Below are positions 9,084 through 19,177 of a stretch of DNA of 64,000 nucleotides, in pieces. Both the position numbers and the translations under genes were made by a program. The stretch lies in IMG/VR virus record IMGVR_UViG_3300027708_000016; one strand, given 5' to 3'. Below the pieces are notes generated by a model. That model was not told the origin of the DNA, searched no databases, and saw only the letters and a list, made by a program, of their open reading frames with translations. How positions within the stretch are numbered: position 1 is the stretch's first letter; each line of letters begins with the position of its first letter. This DNA is from a virus (taxonomy: Duplodnaviria; Caudoviricetes).

Positions 9084-10030
9084 CAATATAAACAAGGTGG
9101 TAAAGGTAAATTCTCTTTCCTTTTTATAAAATATTCCATTATATCATTTTTAAGATCTAATGAAACATGATTAGCAAATTTAAAAGGTTTATTTGGTATA
9201 TCAATTAAATCTTTGTTTGAATCAAACATATGTGATGTGAGAATGTTGTGTCTGTTTACATAATCTCTATTATATAATTCTCCATGATACATTGAATAAA
9301 CAGTAACATCTTCTAAAAAAGATATATCAGATGGTTTTATTTCATTTAATACATTATTACAATATTCTAAATAAGATGTTATGTTAACACCTGCTATTTC
9401 CTGTCTAAATTTTAAGTCAAAAAGAGAACCAAATAAAAGTTTATCCCCACTACCAATAATGTTATAATCATATAATTTTATTTTCTTTAATACATCATAT
9501 CTGAATGCCCAAGCAAGACCATATGCTGAACTTTTATTATTAAATGATTTATATATAAGATGATTTCTAACAACCGATATACCAGAATTACAAAAGTTAT
9601 ATGTTAAATCATGATTTAATTTAAAAAAATTTATATTTTCTAATTCTAATAATGGATTAAAAACTAAAGTATCAGAAAAGCACTGAACAACTTTATATTG
9701 TTCTAAGTTCTTACATAAAACATCTACAAAATCTTCTTTACCAAAAATAATATCTGTATCTGCAATTATTACTATGTCAGTATTTTGAGGCAATAAATCA
9801 ATTCCTATATTGAGTAATCTTTCCTTCTGCCACATTATATCTCCATCAGATATTTGAATTAAAGAATCAGCATCCCTATTATTAAGTTCAAAATTTCCAT
9901 TAGGACTAAATTCAACAGTTAATAACTTAACATTATGTTTGCGAATGTTTTTTTGAAAAATATTATAATTTTTATATCTGAAAGCACTACCTGTATAGTT
10001 AAAATAACAACAAACTACAGCTACATTCAT
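9083..10030 (-). CDS. GT-A fold glycosyltransferase-like protein
   Basis: WQKERLLNIGI, IADTDIIF (DxD), AWAFRYDVL, IIGSGD, SMYHG. Upstream promoter TTGATT-N16-TAAAAT at 10037-10064. Confidence 0.6.
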   Translation of the reverse strand: MNVAVVCCYFNYTGSAFRYKNYNIFQKNIRKHNVKLLTVEFSPNGNFELNNRDADSLIQISDGDIMWQKERLLNIGIDLLPQNTDIVIIADTDIIFGKEDFVDVLCKNLEQYKVVQCFSDTLVFNPLLELENINFFKLNHDLTYNFCNSGISVVRNHLIYKSFNNKSSAYGLAWAFRYDVLKKIKLYDYNIIGSGDKLLFGSLFDLKFRQEIAGVNITSYLEYCNNVLNEIKPSDISFLEDVTVYSMYHGELYNRDYVNRHNILTSHMFDSNKDLIDIPNKPFKFANHVSLDLKNDIMEYFIKRKENLPLPPCLY

Positions 10031-10070
10031 TATTATATTTTATAGAAGAATTTTAAAAAATCAAGATTTA

Positions 10071-11753
10071 TTAAGCGGCTCCCAAACCTACTGGATTACC
10101 ACTTGTATCAACTCCTACTTTCCATCTTTTACCTGTGGAGTCTTTTAATACTATTATAGATGGTGTATTTGTTACTTCAAGACTATTAATATATGTATAG
10201 TTAGCTGATAATGCTGTTATATTAGATCCTAAAACAAATGAATTATCCAAACCTAAATTAATACAATTGTTTGAACCCGCTGCAATAAATGAGCAGTTTG
10301 ATCCTATATAGTTGCCTTGACCACCAGCTATAACAGAACTACGAGTAGTTAAACCATAATCATTACCATAAGGATAAGTGACACCATTACCTTTATTATA
10401 CAAAAATGTAATTTCTGCTTCGGATAATGGTCTGTACCATATTCCAAGTTCATCCATTTTAACACCATTTGCAGACGATGCATATGAACCATCTGGCTGC
10501 GCAAGTACACCATATATATTTGTATAATTTGTATTATCTATTTTATGTCCAATATAAACTCCATTTCGATACATACGTACTCTACCATTAACATCTCTAG
10601 TAAGAGTAGCCATAGTCCAAGCGTTTGTTGGGCTGCCTATAATAACATTTAAACGATAATATGCATTTGGAACACCATAATACATACAATTATAATTTAC
10701 ATTAAAGTTTAATGATCCGTAGCCTTGTCCAGAAAATTGTTGAATATTTGAATTGTAAGTAGGAATTGTCCAATAATTAATTGTAAATTCTCCAGAAAGA
10801 TTAACAGTACTGGTTGTAGATAACCATCCAGTAGTGTTACCTATAATACCATTTCCAATACGACCTGTTGTAGATGAAATTGTATTATGTTGTATTAAAT
10901 GATTAGATCCAATTGAATTATTTCTTGTTCCAGTTCCTGATTCATCAAGTTTCCAATAAGAAGTAAGATTCTGGTTTGGTATAGCTACAGTATTAGAAAC
11001 ACCACCCCCAATAAATGAAGAATATCCTGAATTTGTGTTACGTATACCTGAAGCAATATATGATTCAGCTTCGTATATAACATTACCACAACCACTACCA
11101 ATACCAGACCACCAACCAGCATTTAAAATACGATTTCTATCTCCACCCCCAATACTTGCACAATTTTGTGATAATGTATTATTTTCTCCACCATTTATTG
11201 TTGAACTCCTACTATTAATACAAATTTTATTACCATAACCACCAGCTACATTAGAGTATAAACCACCAATATCAATATTATTATTATTACCACCACCTAC
11301 ATTAGAGTATAAACCAGAAACTGTATTACCATAACCACCTGCAATAACAGATCTATTAGCAAATACTTTATTATAGGCACCTCCCCCTATAGCGGCACTA
11401 TCTCCAGTAACACAATTACCAAGACCACCTGCAATACTAGTAAAATTATAATTAGCACAATTACTACAACCACCTACAACATTAGATGCTACTCCTGTAG
11501 CTTGATTGTTACTACCACCACCGACAAATGAATAAACAGCAGAAGCTGTATTATTACCTCTTTTGGGTCGTATAGAGCTTGTAGAATCAATTAATGTATA
11601 AGGCTGAGACGATACAGATTGATAAGCTGTATCCCATTGATTACTATTACCACCAGTTATAGAAGTAGCAGAAACAGAATTAAATACAGCACTGCTTAAA
11701 CCAGTAACAGTATTATTAAATTGAAATGGTTGTGTTTCTATCTGTAAAGACAT
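10071..11753 (-). CDS. Tail fibre/adhesin-like protein with GGxxN beta-repeats and an inserted LamG/concanavalin-like lectin domain
   Basis: Many [IV]xGGxxN repeats; insert LTSYWKLDE...FTINYW...WTMATLT...MDELGIWYRPLSEAEITFLYN. Confidence 0.75.
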   Translation of the reverse strand: MSLQIETQPFQFNNTVTGLSSAVFNSVSATSITGGNSNQWDTAYQSVSSQPYTLIDSTSSIRPKRGNNTASAVYSFVGGGSNNQATGVASNVVGGCSNCANYNFTSIAGGLGNCVTGDSAAIGGGAYNKVFANRSVIAGGYGNTVSGLYSNVGGGNNNNIDIGGLYSNVAGGYGNKICINSRSSTINGGENNTLSQNCASIGGGDRNRILNAGWWSGIGSGCGNVIYEAESYIASGIRNTNSGYSSFIGGGVSNTVAIPNQNLTSYWKLDESGTGTRNNSIGSNHLIQHNTISSTTGRIGNGIIGNTTGWLSTTSTVNLSGEFTINYWTIPTYNSNIQQFSGQGYGSLNFNVNYNCMYYGVPNAYYRLNVIIGSPTNAWTMATLTRDVNGRVRMYRNGVYIGHKIDNTNYTNIYGVLAQPDGSYASSANGVKMDELGIWYRPLSEAEITFLYNKGNGVTYPYGNDYGLTTRSSVIAGGQGNYIGSNCSFIAAGSNNCINLGLDNSFVLGSNITALSANYTYINSLEVTNTPSIIVLKDSTGKRWKVGVDTSGNPVGLGAA

Positions 11754-11755
11754 GA

Positions 11756-12478
11756 TTATGTATTAGAAATTTTTTGATATAATGCAACATCATCTGCATA
11801 ATAATCTTTAAGAATATTTATCTGATCTTGTGTTAATGTTGGTTTATTTGTTATATCAGTTTCATTTATAGTTGGAAGAGGAACTGGTAATCCGATTGTA
11901 GCACCCAAAGTATCCAATCCTTTATTAAAATCATAATAATTTATATTTTCAAAATTACCTATGATTATTGTTTGTGGTCTAAAGTGCCAATTTAAAGTTC
12001 CTTTATCTTGTTTAATTAACCAAGAAATAAAATCTTCAATATTAAGATTACTTGGAACCCCCATGAGTTTTTTTGCATATGCACTAATAAAACGATCAAT
12101 AGGATCTCTTACAATTGCATGTGGTGTTCCTGTTGGAACACTTGATAATGGAATCACGGTATTAATATGTAAACCATCTTGTGCTGACAAATCAGGAAAA
12201 AATGTATTTGCTATTATTGTTGTTAGTGTTGAACTACCTACTCTTCTAATATTAGCAATTGAATGTCCATTAGGTAGATTAAAATATATACTTTGATGAG
12301 AATCTAAATTAGTTAAACCTAAATCGTTTGCTTTATTTATAACTTCAATTTCCGTTTGTGCCAAAAAGAATTGAGGTGAGATTTGATTAAATTCGCCAGA
12401 AAGACTGACTATTAATGGATTTGAATTTTTAGCTCCGTAAAAAATTCCGTAGTATGGATTTGTATATTGTGTTGTCAT
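11756..12478 (-). CDS. Sulfotransferase family 2 protein with N-terminal extension
   Basis: IRRVGSSTL, AIVRDPIDRFISAY, HFRPQT, YYADDVALY. Confidence 0.7.
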   Translation of the reverse strand: MTTQYTNPYYGIFYGAKNSNPLIVSLSGEFNQISPQFFLAQTEIEVINKANDLGLTNLDSHQSIYFNLPNGHSIANIRRVGSSTLTTIIANTFFPDLSAQDGLHINTVIPLSSVPTGTPHAIVRDPIDRFISAYAKKLMGVPSNLNIEDFISWLIKQDKGTLNWHFRPQTIIIGNFENINYYDFNKGLDTLGATIGLPVPLPTINETDITNKPTLTQDQINILKDYYADDVALYQKISNT

Positions 12479-12481
12479 AAA

Positions 12482-15112
12482 TTATAATGTATAGTCCCAA
12501 AGTTGAATTGCTTTATTAGTTCCATTTACATTTATTATTAAAAATGTACCAGATGCAGTTACTGGATTAGTAAATGTAGTAGGTGCAGATGTTATATTTA
12601 ATGCACTAGCATAGATTGTGTTTGTAGCACTAATATTACCAGAAACTGTTAATTTTGCATTTGGTGTTGTTGTTCCAATACCTACATTTCCATTAGCTGA
12701 TATAAATACCGTAGATGTATTACCTATACCTTTGTTATAAAAAGATAAAGATTCATTGCCAACACTTATACGCCCTAATCCACTTGTGTAATCTACAATT
12801 AAACCTGTTGTAAATAAATTTGTATAACCACCATTTGTAAAAAAACCTTTAAAGGCAGTAATAGAACCTCCTGCTCCTATACTATTATTATCGACAAGTC
12901 CTGCACCTAAATTTATATTATTAGCGAATAAAGTATTTGTAGCACTAATATTACCAGAAACTGTTAATTTTGTATTTGGTGTTGTTGTTCCAATACCTAA
13001 ATTACCAGATGAGTTAATTCTCATTCTTTCATTGGTGTTTAACGTACCACCAGTAAAAAATGTTAAATTGCTTGTACTTGCTGCTGCTCCTAATACAAGA
13101 TTGGCACTTGTTGAATAAACATATGAATCTCCTGCATTAACTACATTAAATGTAGGACTATATAAATTACCATTATATTTTGTACTTGCTATACCTAAAT
13201 CCAAATAGTTAATATTATCGTCATTATAGAGAGAAATATCGGTACTTGAACTAACACTTGGTGTTATATTTTGAATCTGATTAAATACTGATCCACTAGC
13301 CGAAGAAATAATAGTAAGAGGTGCAGAGTTTAATGTTGCAATACTAGCAGTTGATCCAAATTGAGCAACGGGAGAAGCCACTATACCTTGAGAAGAAATA
13401 TTATTAACAAATGTATAATTATTTGCACTTACTGAAATATTAGAACCTAAAATAAAATTGTTTGTTCCGCTTAAAGCATTATTTTTTCCATTTAATATAG
13501 TATTATAGTTTCCGCAAATTTTATTATTACATCCATTTATAATTGAACTAAAATTACTACACGTTGAAGAATTACCGTAACAAGATTGAATACAGTTACG
13601 AGATCCATTTAAAATTGTATTGTAACTTGAATATGTATCGGTATTGTATGTATATGAAAGATTTTTATTTGTAATACAATTAGCAGATCCATTTATAATG
13701 GAATTATTTATAAATGCTCCACCAGCTTGATAATAACAAGAATTATTATTATAATAACCAGAACCAGTACCAAGTATACTATTACCATATCCGCTTATAT
13801 TACTATAAGTAATACTACTTGTTGAATATGGTGTTGCAGCACCGCCACTTCCTACAGATGATATAATTGATGTTGCAAGAATTGTATTAAGAGTTCCATT
13901 TATTACTGTATTATAATTTGTGCATCCTAGTGTGCCATTACCTGTATAATTTCTATTACCATTTAAAATAGAATTATAACCTGCACTTATAGTACTATTA
14001 TCACTAAGTGAATTAAGATATGGTAAAATAGATGGTTGACTAATATATCCACCAATAGAACCACAATGTTTATAAAATTGTGTAATATTTGATATGTTAC
14101 TACCTCTACAAGTAAAATTATCTGTAGTTAAATTTTTTGCACATACACTAGCACCCGAAATATTTCCCATACCTACACCACCAGCAGACAAATTGTTTAC
14201 ATATGTAGTACAATCACAAGAGGCTTTAATGCTATTACCCAATATAAAAACATTAGTTTTATTATTTGTATTATTACTATAACCACCTAATACTACCGAA
14301 TAACCTCCAGAAGCTGTATTGTCTTTTCCAGTACCAATAAAATTATAATTATTTGTAACACAATTATTACATCCGCTACCAATAAAAGAATAATCACTTA
14401 CTATACATCCAGAAAAACCACCAACAATTGATGAATAATTTCCTGCAATATTATTACGACAACCAGTTCCTATAAAATTATTTGCTATTTTTATATAACC
14501 ACTATTAGATGCATTTGGAGCACCACTATAATTTGGTGTAAGAATTTGTGGTTGTTGAGAAATACAATTTTTATAACCATTTAAAATTGTGTTTGAACAA
14601 ACTACCGAACAACCAATAATTGGGTTGGTCGTGCAATTACCGTTATCATAATAATCAGATGCAGCAGCACATGCTTTAATAAAATTACAACAACCACCAG
14701 CAATAATATTATTATTTAAAATATTTGGGGGTGTACCATAACTTATTAATGAATAACTTCCGCTATATGTGCAAGTTGCAGATATAGAACTATTGTATGA
14801 ATTTAAAATAGTATTGCAACTATCATTAATAGTATTATTTATACCATTACCTATAAAATTATAAGAACTTAGTGCTCTATTATTAGATCCGCCTAGAACA
14901 GTAGACCAATTTCCAGATGCTATGTTATTACCTATTTTTAATACTATAGATGATGTAGAGGAAATTAAAGTATAAGGCTGAGTAGATAGAGACCTATATG
15001 CAGTATTCCATTGACTACTATTACCACTTATATCATAAAACAAATTACTGGTTGAAACATTACCAGTAACTGTTAGGTCATTTTTAGTCTTAAATGATAC
15101 GTTGATAGCCAT
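12482..15112 (-). CDS. Long Asn/Ser/Cys-rich tail fibre-like protein
   Basis: I[IL]NGxxNxI and GGxxN repeats, ERMRINSSGNLGIGTTTP motifs, late TAAGTA box at 15121-15126. Confidence 0.75.
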   Translation of the reverse strand: MAINVSFKTKNDLTVTGNVSTSNLFYDISGNSSQWNTAYRSLSTQPYTLISSTSSIVLKIGNNIASGNWSTVLGGSNNRALSSYNFIGNGINNTINDSCNTILNSYNSSISATCTYSGSYSLISYGTPPNILNNNIIAGGCCNFIKACAAASDYYDNGNCTTNPIIGCSVVCSNTILNGYKNCISQQPQILTPNYSGAPNASNSGYIKIANNFIGTGCRNNIAGNYSSIVGGFSGCIVSDYSFIGSGCNNCVTNNYNFIGTGKDNTASGGYSVVLGGYSNNTNNKTNVFILGNSIKASCDCTTYVNNLSAGGVGMGNISGASVCAKNLTTDNFTCRGSNISNITQFYKHCGSIGGYISQPSILPYLNSLSDNSTISAGYNSILNGNRNYTGNGTLGCTNYNTVINGTLNTILATSIISSVGSGGAATPYSTSSITYSNISGYGNSILGTGSGYYNNNSCYYQAGGAFINNSIINGSANCITNKNLSYTYNTDTYSSYNTILNGSRNCIQSCYGNSSTCSNFSSIINGCNNKICGNYNTILNGKNNALSGTNNFILGSNISVSANNYTFVNNISSQGIVASPVAQFGSTASIATLNSAPLTIISSASGSVFNQIQNITPSVSSSTDISLYNDDNINYLDLGIASTKYNGNLYSPTFNVVNAGDSYVYSTSANLVLGAAASTSNLTFFTGGTLNTNERMRINSSGNLGIGTTTPNTKLTVSGNISATNTLFANNINLGAGLVDNNSIGAGGSITAFKGFFTNGGYTNLFTTGLIVDYTSGLGRISVGNESLSFYNKGIGNTSTVFISANGNVGIGTTTPNAKLTVSGNISATNTIYASALNITSAPTTFTNPVTASGTFLIINVNGTNKAIQLWDYTL
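12621..12999. repeat. 64-bp direct repeat pair (12621-12684 and 12936-12999), one mismatch
   Basis: Encodes GIGTTTPN[A/T]KLTVSGNISATN twice, in frame. Confidence 0.85.
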
Positions 15113-15163
15113 TTAATATATACTTAATCAAATTGTTAAATATTTCCATTCAGAAATAATAAT

Positions 15164-17155
15164 TTATATTAAAGCTAAACAATGTACACTTATTAAGTAA
15201 GAATATGATGCTACGAATATAAAGTTAATATCTAAAGTGGTAGATACAGCACTAATTGTTATTCCTGATGGGGTATTTTGAATAATACCATATGGATCAA
15301 TAAAGCCATATATTGTATAATTCCAATTTGCTCCATCATAGTGTGCTAATATTTCAGCAATACCTGATTGATTAGTTGGAGAAGCTGAACCAGTATTAAC
15401 AAATTTTACCAAAAACTTTGCTGTGGTGTAACTTGCAACGGGTACGGTTGTTATTGTTGGTGCTGAAGATGTTCCAGTTGCATAATAATTTTTAGCAAGT
15501 GTTTTTGAGCTACCAGATGATCCAGTTGTTATTACACCTTGGAAAGTTGGTGAGTCTCCAGTACCTAGACCTAATGCGGTTGCACCATTTGCTACGCTTG
15601 TTGCAGTTAATACTGCAAATCCTGTTGTTGATACACCGATTGCGCTTACGTTTGCAGTAGAACCTGTGGGATTACCAAGAACACTATTAGCTGCAACTTG
15701 TTGAATCTGGTTATATTGAACTTTATTTGTACCAATTGCAGTTGGAATTGTTATATCCGCACTACCATCAAATGATGTTGATGTAAATGTTATATCACCA
15801 CTAGATGTGATATTTCTTGCTGTTTTAAGTTTTGTTGCTGTATCAGCATTACCTGTAACTGAACCAGAGAGATTTGCAACAAGTGTATCAATTGTTTTTG
15901 TATTTGTTGATACTGAATTTGCACTTGGTTCAGTAACCATGCTACTGAATAAATACCAAGGTTTTATACCATTTACTAAATCTTTACTTCTTAATAAACC
16001 AGCGTGTGCATATGTACCTGAAGTATAATGACCTACAAGACCAATATCTAATGAATCTGTAGGATTATCTTCCCCAAGATAAATTATTGGTGCGTTAACT
16101 ACCAATTCACCTTGAACTATTTGTATTGCAGAACCACCAAAATATAAACTTCCTCCAACACTAAGATTAGATCCAACACTAAGATTAGATCCAATACTAA
16201 CACTATTTGTAAAATTACCAGAAGCTGCTTGGAATGATGCAGCGGTTGAAACAATACCTGTTCCATTTGGACTTAATGTAATATTACCGTTTGATGCTGT
16301 TGAAATTGTTATACCAGCACTACCTGTAATATTACCAACACTTGAAAGATTACCTGTAACATCTTGAGTACCATTAAAATTTTGACCCCATAATGTATGA
16401 GTAGTTGTAAGGGATGCAGCACTACCTGTTGTATTTTGGTTAAGTGTTGGAATATCTGCTGCCACTATTGCACGGAATGATGGTGCTGCGGGTATACCAT
16501 TTGGTGCTGCTAAAAAGTAATTTGCAGTTTTACTACCATAAGGATTTAATGTATCACCATAAGCTGCATTAAGAGAAATTGTTGGTGTTGTACCTCCAGA
16601 TGAAGCAACTGGAGATGTTGCACCAACACTAGTTAATCTATTATTTATTTGCGTTTGAATTGCACTTGTAACACCACTAACATAACCAAGTTCTGTTGAT
16701 GTTGTTGCTGATGCTACTGGAATACCGTTTGTATCTGATACCAGTGCTCTGCTTGCGGTAATGGCAGCAGCTTCAATTATAGCTCCTCCACTTGATTGCA
16801 TTACCCTATTGTTATTCAGGGCGGTTGTACTGTTAGTGCCACCATGACTAATATCAATTGCAGTACCATTCCATGTTCCCGAAGTAATCGTACCAACTGT
16901 TACAATACTTGAACTACCAGCAAGAGGAGAAGCACCAATTGTATTATATGATACCGTTTTTGTTGAAGATCCATCAAAAGTTAAAGGTGAAGATCCACCA
17001 GATCCACCAGAATTAAACGTAATAGCATTGGCAACACTTGCAGCAGCATTACCAGAAAGTAAAAATATATTTGTAAGATTAGTTCCACTAGATAAAATTT
17101 TACCAAATGTGTTTTGGTCATTTCTAATTGTAAAAGCTGAATTTATATTTGACAT
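15164..17155 (-). CDS. Tail fibre-like structural protein
   Basis: Ser/Thr/Gly-rich; motifs GTWNGTAI, PSFRAIVAADIP and GNADTATKLKTARNI; C-terminal 'YTTAKFLV...EIL..YDG' domain; late TAAGTA box at 17167-17172. Confidence 0.75.
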   Translation of the reverse strand: MSNINSAFTIRNDQNTFGKILSSGTNLTNIFLLSGNAAASVANAITFNSGGSGGSSPLTFDGSSTKTVSYNTIGASPLAGSSSIVTVGTITSGTWNGTAIDISHGGTNSTTALNNNRVMQSSGGAIIEAAAITASRALVSDTNGIPVASATTSTELGYVSGVTSAIQTQINNRLTSVGATSPVASSGGTTPTISLNAAYGDTLNPYGSKTANYFLAAPNGIPAAPSFRAIVAADIPTLNQNTTGSAASLTTTHTLWGQNFNGTQDVTGNLSSVGNITGSAGITISTASNGNITLSPNGTGIVSTAASFQAASGNFTNSVSIGSNLSVGSNLSVGGSLYFGGSAIQIVQGELVVNAPIIYLGEDNPTDSLDIGLVGHYTSGTYAHAGLLRSKDLVNGIKPWYLFSSMVTEPSANSVSTNTKTIDTLVANLSGSVTGNADTATKLKTARNITSSGDITFTSTSFDGSADITIPTAIGTNKVQYNQIQQVAANSVLGNPTGSTANVSAIGVSTTGFAVLTATSVANGATALGLGTGDSPTFQGVITTGSSGSSKTLAKNYYATGTSSAPTITTVPVASYTTAKFLVKFVNTGSASPTNQSGIAEILAHYDGANWNYTIYGFIDPYGIIQNTPSGITISAVSTTLDINFIFVASYSYLISVHCLALI

Positions 17156-17192
17156 AATATTTTATATACTTACAATTTATATAATTATTAAA

Positions 17193-18881
17193 TTAAAAAT
17201 GGTTTGTTCTTAGACCTTTTATAAAAAAAGAATCTGTATTATTAATACTATTGGGATAATTTATCCAGAAATAAACATAATTTGAATCTATTGTTGCGTT
17301 ATAATTTACTAAAATATTACCTGTTGTAATTTGACCATATTCTGAAACCACTGCTATATTGTCAATTAACGAAGCAACTAAATTTATTTCTGAATAATAA
17401 ATATCGTTACTATAATTTGCCTCTACTTGAAGCGTATACTTTGCTGTTTTAAAATCAGATAAATGAAATCTATCAACCAATGATTGCGTGTTAGTTCCCG
17501 ATAATGGAATTTGAACGAATATTGGTGTATGGGGATTTAAATTTATTGGTAAAAAATGATTTGGATTTGTTTGATCATTTCCTGCAAATTTATAAACTCT
17601 TCCATTTGTTAAGACTACATCATAACCTTTTTGTAATTGTTGAGTATTATATTGCGTAAATTGTTGTATGGTTTTATATGATGATGGTGCAACTACATCA
17701 GAATATATTAATGGAGCAAGAGATGTCGTATTACTTTCACCTAAAGAAAGTTGACCCGAAGCTGCATCGTATATTAAATTTCCACCACCTGTTTTAATAT
17801 TTGTTAAATGGCTACCGTCTCCATAAAGATAATTTGCTGTAATATTATCAGCATTTAAATTATTAACATATGTTGTGTTATCCTGTGAAGTAACAATATT
17901 TGAACCTATGACGAATGAATTGTTGTTGGTTGCTGTATTATTTTCACCTCCCAATATACCAGCATAGTTACCAGATGCAGTATTGTTTTTACCGCCTAGA
18001 ACATTAGAATATGTACCAGATGCAGTATTATTACCGTTTGTTGGCACTATTGAAAAATCACCAGTACCTGACATGTAAATCTGTTCACTTATGACAGGTA
18101 TTGACGGACTAACTTGACCTACCGTTAACCCTATTCCTTGTGAAAAATCAGAAAAGCTTCTTAATAATGGGGGAGCAGAAGATTGAGTAGAATCTTCTAA
18201 GGTTTTACCATCGGTTGTTAAAAATTTAGAATCAATGGTATAGATTTTTTTGTAAACCTCATCCATGCTTTTAAACATCCAACCTTTAATGGTAAATTGT
18301 GTCGTTGCGGTTATTCTATATGGTTGAGTGGGTCCCAAATTGTCTGGGTACTGCATGTTTATATTACCACTCCAAAGAACTTCACTTCTTATTTCATAAG
18401 GTGTGCTTGATTTGTGATTGCTTGGTAATTTCCAAGATATAATAATATATGGATCGGTATAGGGAACAAAATTCGTAAGAATTTGATCCATGTCAGCTTG
18501 ATACCTTGTTATAATTGTCATGTCAATTGTTATATTGACGGGAACAGGTTGAGGTATATGTTTTAAGAAGTTTCCACTTCCATCTTTAGGATCATAATCA
18601 ATGGTAAACCCATCAATTTTATTAAAAACTCTTGCTTGGTCTCTTGAAATACTTCCAATATTAACGGCAATAACAGGAACGGTTAATCCACCCGCCGCAG
18701 GACTATTTAAATTACTAAAAACCCTTTGTTTTGGTGAATATACGAATAAAACCTTATCACCAGTAACAGGCTCGACTAAAGTTTCATTTTGATCATACCT
18801 TTTGATGATAACATCATTAAAAGCACCGATAAATTGCTCAACAAGCGTCTGGACTTCCCAATTAAAAGTATAATTCTTCAC
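17193..18881 (-). CDS. gp15: Tail terminator/sheath stabiliser (gp15-like) fused to fibre-type repeats and a C-terminal structural domain
   Basis: N-terminal FIGAFNDVIIKR...FVYSPKQR...PVPVNITIDMTIITRYQADMDQILTNFVPY. GTG start with TAAGTA at 18888-18893. Confidence 0.8.
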   Translation of the reverse strand: MKNYTFNWEVQTLVEQFIGAFNDVIIKRYDQNETLVEPVTGDKVLFVYSPKQRVFSNLNSPAAGGLTVPVIAVNIGSISRDQARVFNKIDGFTIDYDPKDGSGNFLKHIPQPVPVNITIDMTIITRYQADMDQILTNFVPYTDPYIIISWKLPSNHKSSTPYEIRSEVLWSGNINMQYPDNLGPTQPYRITATTQFTIKGWMFKSMDEVYKKIYTIDSKFLTTDGKTLEDSTQSSAPPLLRSFSDFSQGIGLTVGQVSPSIPVISEQIYMSGTGDFSIVPTNGNNTASGTYSNVLGGKNNTASGNYAGILGGENNTATNNNSFVIGSNIVTSQDNTTYVNNLNADNITANYLYGDGSHLTNIKTGGGNLIYDAASGQLSLGESNTTSLAPLIYSDVVAPSSYKTIQQFTQYNTQQLQKGYDVVLTNGRVYKFAGNDQTNPNHFLPINLNPHTPIFVQIPLSGTNTQSLVDRFHLSDFKTAKYTLQVEANYSNDIYYSEINLVASLIDNIAVVSEYGQITTGNILVNYNATIDSNYVYFWINYPNSINNTDSFFIKGLRTNHF

Positions 18882-18904
18882 TTACACTACTTAGTGAAAA
18901 AGAT

Positions 18905-19177
18905 TTACTTTATAAGATTGCTTAACTCTAAATTATTAGTAATACTGCTTTTAATTGCTTCAAGATCAAGAGCTTTTTTAACACAGTTACAAAGATAGTA
19001 ATGAAAATTTTGATTATCTCTTCCAATGTGACCTCTACCAAAGCATTTTTTACAAGATGATGATGGTTTTTTCAATAATGGAAGCTGCCCCATGTCTAAT
19101 AATGAGAAATCGGACTCTGGAATGGTGTAAAATGTTCCAGAAAATGCGCTATATATGATTTTAGTTGATTCTTGCAT
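18905..19177 (-). CDS. Small hypothetical protein with Zn-finger-like CxxCxGxG...CxC
   Basis: SCKKCFGRGHIG...YYLCNC. Confidence 0.5.
   Translation of the reverse strand: MQESTKIIYSAFSGTFYTIPESDFSLLDMGQLPLLKKPSSSCKKCFGRGHIGRDNQNFHYYLCNCVKKALDLEAIKSSITNNLELSNLIK

Noticed and set aside
12621-12999. DGR template/variable repeat pair
   Set aside because: Both copies are in frame in one ORF, differ at a single site, and no reverse transcriptase is in the window.
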